Below, piece by piece: positions 59,080 to 64,000 of a DNA stretch of 64,000 nucleotides. Below the pieces are notes generated by a model, which saw only the letters and a program-made list of their open reading frames with translations, ran no database searches and was not told where the DNA came from. Source of the stretch: Patescibacteria group bacterium. GTDB lineage: Bacteria; Patescibacteriota; Microgenomatia; UBA1400; PJMF01. Position 1 is the stretch's first letter, and the number at the start of each line of letters is the position of its first letter. The translations under genes were made by a program, and so were the position numbers. The stretch lies in contig BOKX01000001.1 of NCBI GenBank assembly GCA_016861205.1, positions 1,076,589 to 1,140,588 on the forward strand. Direction: 5' to 3'.

Positions 59080-61971
59080 CTATTTAATAGGGATGATACG
59101 GTCGAACTCTGGGCTCCAAGGGTCAGCCAAATTAGTCCTTAAAGACATATGGGGACTGTCTTGACCAAATACTAGCTCATTAAAAGCATCAAAATCGGGA
59201 CCACCCCAATTACCAGTAGAAAACTGTTCGATTTTACCTTGAGGGACAAGGAACATGTTTAAAATATTTCCAGAAATGCCACCAACAAAGGAAGAAAACT
59301 GGCTATTTAACCCAAATTGGAAAATATGAATGATATTTTTACCATCTGGTGTTGTTTCCACATCAGCAAATGATGTTGAACCCTGGTTATGAAGCAATCT
59401 GGATTCAGGGGTTTCCTCTCCAGCAATTGACATGCCTTGCAAGGTATCAAACACGATTTGGTCTTCGAATGGATCAAACTGAATCGTCTTAATCTCACCT
59501 TTGAAATTCATGATTCTCAATTCAAATGTTCCTCTAAACTGGAACTCGCCTGACAGAATCTGGTCAAAGGCTGGGATTTCACTACCGTCAGTTCCTCGCT
59601 CAATGTGGTCGCGAACGAGAAGGTAGTAAATAGTCTGCGCTCGCAGGTATCTCATTAACAACGCTGATTGCTCAGGATTAGCAGTGAAATCAGGGGTTAG
59701 ATTAGCCTGGTTCGAATTTGTGAACGAAATGCCGGCATCAGGGAAGTACACTAAACTGTTAGGGTTTAATGTCTCAGTAGTTTTCATGGGTACCTCAAGA
59801 CTTTGATAAGCCATGTCAGCACTAGTGAGCAGGATATCCTTTGAAATAGGTTCAACAGTAATGCCAGTCGCATCCGTTTCAGAAGGTTGGATGTTTTCTG
59901 AGGGGACTACTGGCGCTGGTGGCGTAGCCTCAGCCGACACCAAACTGGCAGGATCTGGATTTTGTTCACCTTCGCTGACCAACTCCATATTCACCCAGAC
60001 AATGCGGCCCTGTGGTTCGACCACCAAGACCCACTCGCCGTTGGCGACAATGCGACCGGTACTGGTGTCAATTTCGGTAGCAGCATCAAATAACTCACCA
60101 CGCTCAGCTTGAAGACTATCCAGCTCAGACACAGGGACAGGCCAGGCAGTTTCGTGAGGTTTGAGTGAGCCAACCGGCGTGTTGCCGGCGGCTTCTGGGG
60201 TTTCGCGCAAGTTAACTGAAGTAGTTTTGGCGTTGATCAGTGGTGTGACCCCCTCAGGATTTAGCAACATGGTATTGCTGGCGGCTAGGGCTTCATTCGG
60301 ACCATTGGGTCCGATGACCAACAATACTTTACCAGTTGAGGCTGTGCCAAGGACTTGGCGGTCTTTACTAAACAAGTGAGGTTTGACTTGCTCTAGGTCC
60401 CAGATCTCAACTCGCTCACTAGCCTCTGGTGACAGATAGCGCCACTCACCGGCTTGGTTGAACAACATGACTGTGCCAGCTGGCAGTACGAAGTCGTTAT
60501 TAAAGCGAATGGGAGTATCAGTTTGCCAGATAATGGTAGCTTTCATTTCTCCATTTTGATTGTCAAAGTACAGTCCAATTTTTTGGTCGGCGACTTGTTC
60601 AGGACTCATGACTTTTTGGTCAACAACCAGCTGCAAAATACCTTGAGCCACTTCCATAATCTCAGCGTGCAGCTGTGAGTTTTCATTGAATTTAGGCAAG
60701 CCAGCTAACGTAGTTCCGTCTTCCAGCATGTGCAGATCGCCGTACCAAAGTAAACCTTGGTCGCGATTGACAAACTCTGGCTCAGTAAGCACATGACTGC
60801 TCATGGTGTCTTTGTCGGCTTGATCAATTAAAAACTCCTGCAACAGCTGTGGTAACTGAGCGCCGTTCTGCTCTGGACTTGGGGTGCCAATTTCAGTTTT
60901 AGTTTCAGTAGCAAATTGACTGTCAAACGTGCTGGTATCTCCAGCTGATGAGCCGTCAACGATGCCGCCAAAAGTCGGTGACTCAACCTCTAGTTTTTCG
61001 CCCAGAAGTATTTCGCAGCGAGCGATGTAGTCTCGCAAAGCTGTAACATCAATACCCAGCACGGCTCGCAGGTCTTTGATAATCTGGTTGATCGTGGCGT
61101 TGTCTTGGCCATCTGGACAGACGTCAGCTTCGGTTAAGTGCTCTGCCACCTGACCTGGCATCTCTGAGCCAGCCATAGCAGTAGTAGCGATGGCGCCCGC
61201 GGCGAAGGTAGCTCCCCCGGCGGCTAGCTTTCTAGCTGTTCGACCGGTCATTAAACCACGCAGTTGGCTCAATCGATAGCGAGCCAGGCTCGGCTCGACT
61301 GGAGTTTTGAGTTGAGCTTCAACAGGTGGTTTGAGATTGGCAAAACGAGCTAGTAGTTTCTTCTCTCGGTTAGTAATATCTTGCCAGACTCCCCTTCTAA
61401 TTTGATAAATGACTTTTACAATTCGACGAAGGTAATCTTGACGTGAGTGCAACAATTTGGCAGTCACTTCTCTGCCCGACTCAATTTTGCTGATTAAGTC
61501 TTCGAGCTCTTGAGCGAGTTCGAGCTGATCAGAACTGCCTGAGTCACGAAGCCGGGCCGTATAAGCGTCGACATACATTTTGAGGGTGTCAAAATTGTCA
61601 TGAACAAACTCGACGTGTCGCAGTAGCTCTGCAGATAGATCGCGAGCTACTTCGATATCACTCAAGGTTGTCTCAGTGTTTTCCAGATCGGGAAATAGGC
61701 CAGTCAGATCCATGTGGCCTTTGAGGGCTTGCTGGAGTTCTGCTTTTAGTTGCAAAGCGAATTTTTTGAGTTCTTCAGGAGTTAAGGCATCAATTTTGTC
61801 TTTGGGGCTCAGATCAGAGCGTTGTTCAGAACCTTCAAGATTAAGGAGTCCAGTCATAACCACACCCTCTTCAGAGCCAAACCGTGTAACTTGCTGATCC
61901 GGCCCGTACCCTTTACGTTCATGTGTACTGGCATTTTTATAGACCATATCGTTTTGCCAAGCAACTGCCAC
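59080..61971 (-). CDS. large hypothetical membrane-anchored protein (963 aa)
   Basis: An N-terminal roughly 250-aa coiled-coil-like region and one TM helix (LAAGGATFAAGAIATTAMAG) are followed by a large C-terminal domain. It lies 14 nt upstream of the Cys-rich gene on the same strand. Confidence 0.55.
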   Translation of the reverse strand: MAVAWQNDMVYKNASTHERKGYGPDQQVTRFGSEEGVVMTGLLNLEGSEQRSDLSPKDKIDALTPEELKKFALQLKAELQQALKGHMDLTGLFPDLENTETTLSDIEVARDLSAELLRHVEFVHDNFDTLKMYVDAYTARLRDSGSSDQLELAQELEDLISKIESGREVTAKLLHSRQDYLRRIVKVIYQIRRGVWQDITNREKKLLARFANLKPPVEAQLKTPVEPSLARYRLSQLRGLMTGRTARKLAAGGATFAAGAIATTAMAGSEMPGQVAEHLTEADVCPDGQDNATINQIIKDLRAVLGIDVTALRDYIARCEILLGEKLEVESPTFGGIVDGSSAGDTSTFDSQFATETKTEIGTPSPEQNGAQLPQLLQEFLIDQADKDTMSSHVLTEPEFVNRDQGLLWYGDLHMLEDGTTLAGLPKFNENSQLHAEIMEVAQGILQLVVDQKVMSPEQVADQKIGLYFDNQNGEMKATIIWQTDTPIRFNNDFVLPAGTVMLFNQAGEWRYLSPEASERVEIWDLEQVKPHLFSKDRQVLGTASTGKVLLVIGPNGPNEALAASNTMLLNPEGVTPLINAKTTSVNLRETPEAAGNTPVGSLKPHETAWPVPVSELDSLQAERGELFDAATEIDTSTGRIVANGEWVLVVEPQGRIVWVNMELVSEGEQNPDPASLVSAEATPPAPVVPSENIQPSETDATGITVEPISKDILLTSADMAYQSLEVPMKTTETLNPNSLVYFPDAGISFTNSNQANLTPDFTANPEQSALLMRYLRAQTIYYLLVRDHIERGTDGSEIPAFDQILSGEFQFRGTFELRIMNFKGEIKTIQFDPFEDQIVFDTLQGMSIAGEETPESRLLHNQGSTSFADVETTPDGKNIIHIFQFGLNSQFSSFVGGISGNILNMFLVPQGKIEQFSTGNWGGPDFDAFNELVFGQDSPHMSLRTNLADPWSPEFDRIIPIK

Positions 61972-62186
61972 CAGAGAAATTGAGGCAGTGCGGTATGAAT
62001 TGATATAGAAACCAATAGTTTTTACTATCGGCCTGTTTGGGGAATTATAAAATTAGCCTGGTAGTACTCTCAATGTGTAACAGATAAGTAAACTATAGGC
62101 TTATGAACGAAGAGCTAAAATATAGCAACACCCTATCTCGGTTGCAATAGGAAAAAAACAGGTTCCGACTTGGCTGAGTAACAGAT

Positions 62187-62792
62187 GTGCGTTACAATAC
62201 ATTTTTAATGCATATCTTTTTAGCTGCTTCAATTCACGGTAAAAGCCACTCGCTCGCTATTTATCAGGATATCGTCAATCAGGTTACGGCAGCTGGCCAT
62301 ACCATCCAGGCCGATCACTTGCTCAAAACCAGTCATGATGAGCTACAAGCTTTGCCGCATGCCGATCAGATGGCGTTTTACCAGGGTGTGATTGATGGCA
62401 TCAAACAGGCCGATGCGGTGTTCGCGGAAGTGTCTTACCCCAGTACCAGTGTCGGTTACTTGATGAGTGTGGCCATGCAGGCCAACAAACCGACGGTGGC
62501 TTTTTACAATGGCGACAAAGAACCGCACCTATTCCACTACTTGGAAAAAAACACCGATAAGCTGCAAGTGGCGCGTTACAGTAACCCTGCCGAACTCAAG
62601 CAAGAGATCAAGTTTGGGCTGGAGTTTATCACCAGCAGCCAAGATGTTCGCTTCAACTTTTTTATTTCTCCACCCCTCTCGAGCTACCTCGACTGGATTG
62701 CTCGGAGCCAAAAAGTCCCGCGCTCGGTGTACTTGCGCCAGTTGATCGACGAGGACATGGCTCACCAAGCCGAGTATCAACGGGAAGCTTAA
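62187..62792 (+). CDS. nucleoside 2-deoxyribosyltransferase-like domain fused to C-terminal ribbon-helix-helix (CopG-like) domain
   Basis: The N-terminal half (HIFLAASIHGKS ... IKQADAVFAEVSYPSTSVGYLMSVAMQANKPTVAFY) follows the NDT/Rossmann-like pattern. The C-terminal RFNFFISPPLSSYLDWIARSQKVPRSVYLRQLIDEDM matches an RHH beta-strand plus two helices. Confidence 0.45.
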   Translation: MRYNTFLMHIFLAASIHGKSHSLAIYQDIVNQVTAAGHTIQADHLLKTSHDELQALPHADQMAFYQGVIDGIKQADAVFAEVSYPSTSVGYLMSVAMQANKPTVAFYNGDKEPHLFHYLEKNTDKLQVARYSNPAELKQEIKFGLEFITSSQDVRFNFFISPPLSSYLDWIARSQKVPRSVYLRQLIDEDMAHQAEYQREA

Positions 62793-62888
62793 CGTTCACT
62801 TTTAGGCCAGCCGTTAGGCACCGACTCTTTCTTATAGGACACCGATGAGATATAATACGCATTCAATACTTATAGCAAGTTTGAGTTT

Positions 62889-63944
62889 ATGTTTTTGAGA
62901 AGTCCACGACCATCGAGCCCTGAGAATGGACCAAGCCGGTACCAGTATCTGCAAGAGACTGGGTCATTGAGTGATTGGCAAGTTGAGTTGACGTTGATGG
63001 CCTATATGTTAGCAGCCCAGAAATACTCAGAAATTGAGTATCAGGCGAGCAGTATTGAGGCGGTAGTGAAGCAAGTCATCAAAGAAGTGGCTGAGTATGT
63101 GGTGAGCTTACCGCCAGGATCCAAAATAAGTTTACCGGCTGTGGCTTCAGGTCGCGATCTGATTCTGTTGGGGTTGCTCAAAAAAGAAGTTCACCTGTAT
63201 GGCTACGATATTACCCAGAACTTGCTAGAGTTGGGTCGTCAGCTGCTCTTTCCGGACGTTGCCGCCAGTGACATGCGGGATTTAAATAGGCAGTTGAACG
63301 AGCTGCCGATCAGCGACGTTATCGAACAAGCCATCATGACCATGCTCAAGAATAGTATGCCGGCTAATGGTTGGGTGGTGTTTTTCAAAGAGGTTTTAGA
63401 TAGCGCCAAACAGAACCTGAGTGATGAGGATCCTTATGCCATAGTTCGTGATAACATCCGTGGCAACATGGCTAGCATTGTGGCTGATTTGCAACGACGG
63501 GTACACCTTGTCCAGGGAAAAATGCAAGATAGCTTTTACGCGCCAGAATCATTTGATCTGACTCTGGTGGTAGCTGCATATCCGAACCTGACTGACGAGA
63601 GTTTCATCACGAGTTTGGACAAAGCTATGCTGCAACTGAAGCCAGGTGGTAAGTTATTTTTTAACGTGCGCTTTGATGGCAGTCCAGTTGTAGTCGGGGG
63701 TGATTTTGAGGGGCGTATTTTTACTGATAGCGTGCTGACGAGTCCAGAATCAGGAACACATAAAAAGCAGAACTTACCTCGTTACTTCCGTACTTTTTCA
63801 AAAGATGACTTGGAAAAGCTGGAGTTTTTCATTGCTGAGCGCTACGGGTGTCACATTGAAGACAAAGGCATTAGTCCCCACTGGGACAAAAACAAACCTA
63901 TGTTTGCCAAGTTCCTGATCACAAAAGCCAACGACAGAGAGTAA
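62889..63944 (+). CDS. methyltransferase-like protein (class I SAM-MTase fold, degenerate motif I)
   Basis: FDLTLVVAAYPNLTDESFITSLDKAMLQLKPGGKLFF matches the post-II/III region of class I MTases. No canonical GxGxG motif is present. Confidence 0.4.
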   Translation: MFLRSPRPSSPENGPSRYQYLQETGSLSDWQVELTLMAYMLAAQKYSEIEYQASSIEAVVKQVIKEVAEYVVSLPPGSKISLPAVASGRDLILLGLLKKEVHLYGYDITQNLLELGRQLLFPDVAASDMRDLNRQLNELPISDVIEQAIMTMLKNSMPANGWVVFFKEVLDSAKQNLSDEDPYAIVRDNIRGNMASIVADLQRRVHLVQGKMQDSFYAPESFDLTLVVAAYPNLTDESFITSLDKAMLQLKPGGKLFFNVRFDGSPVVVGGDFEGRIFTDSVLTSPESGTHKKQNLPRYFRTFSKDDLEKLEFFIAERYGCHIEDKGISPHWDKNKPMFAKFLITKANDRE

Positions 63945-64000
63945 TGGCTGCGGTGGGTGGCTTGGCCCAGTTGCCTCTTTCCCCTGGTAGTGTATAATCT

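Overview
This is a compact bacterial window with very high coding density and mostly short intergenic regions. Gene content suggests a reduced-genome organism, possibly a Patescibacteria/Saccharibacteria-like lineage, but that is inference only.

Positions 1-29.9 kb are largely housekeeping. They carry a TrpR-like regulator, a GNAT acetyltransferase, an M24 aminopeptidase and DnaB. tRNA-Ala(CGC) and tRNA-Leu(CAA) are present. Lgt-like, LspA and RluA genes follow. A nucleotide-salvage run (Upp, PNP, a phosphoribosyltransferase, GuaA) and a one-carbon pair (GlyA, FolD) are next. The rest of this stretch holds Nfo, RpsB and Tsf, the divergent queuosine pair QueA/Tgt, and YebC.

A 1.7-kb AT-rich island with no ORFs lies at 29952-31638. 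It contains six or seven copies of the motif TTAGCCTGGT, an 18-bp perfect palindrome, and an exact 14-mer direct repeat. It sits immediately upstream of a XerC/XerD-type tyrosine recombinase and tRNA-Ala(GGC).

On the minus strand come a GT4 glycosyltransferase, a DegT aminotransferase, GyrA, Ppa, GyrB and a delta-prime-like gene.

A type IV pilus locus spans 41.9-50.9 kb. It has PilB with a Pro-rich N-terminal extension, PilT, PilC, a major pilin, PilD, a PKD-domain protein and four minor pilins/pseudopilins. All the pilins have unusually long leader peptides (16-24 aa). The locus is punctuated by long perfect AT-rich hairpins (13-18 bp stems starting GTTTT, about 22-25 nt loops). Related hairpins occur in front of tsf and next to tRNA-Ala(CGC).

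The right end, 50.9-64 kb, looks accessory and is visibly lower in GC at 51.9-55.8 kb. It holds a C45/acyltransferase-like Ntn hydrolase, an aldo/keto reductase, and a 950-aa NRPS-like adenylation-thiolation-reductase (A-T-R) enzyme. Next is an operon of a pseudopilin, a 793-aa Cys-rich secreted protein with a thrombospondin-type-1-like WSxCSxSCGxG motif and C-terminal beta-helix repeats, and a 963-aa membrane-anchored protein. A nucleoside-deoxyribosyltransferase-like::ribbon-helix-helix fusion and a methyltransferase-like protein close the window.

No rRNA, CRISPR array, IS transposase or intein was found.
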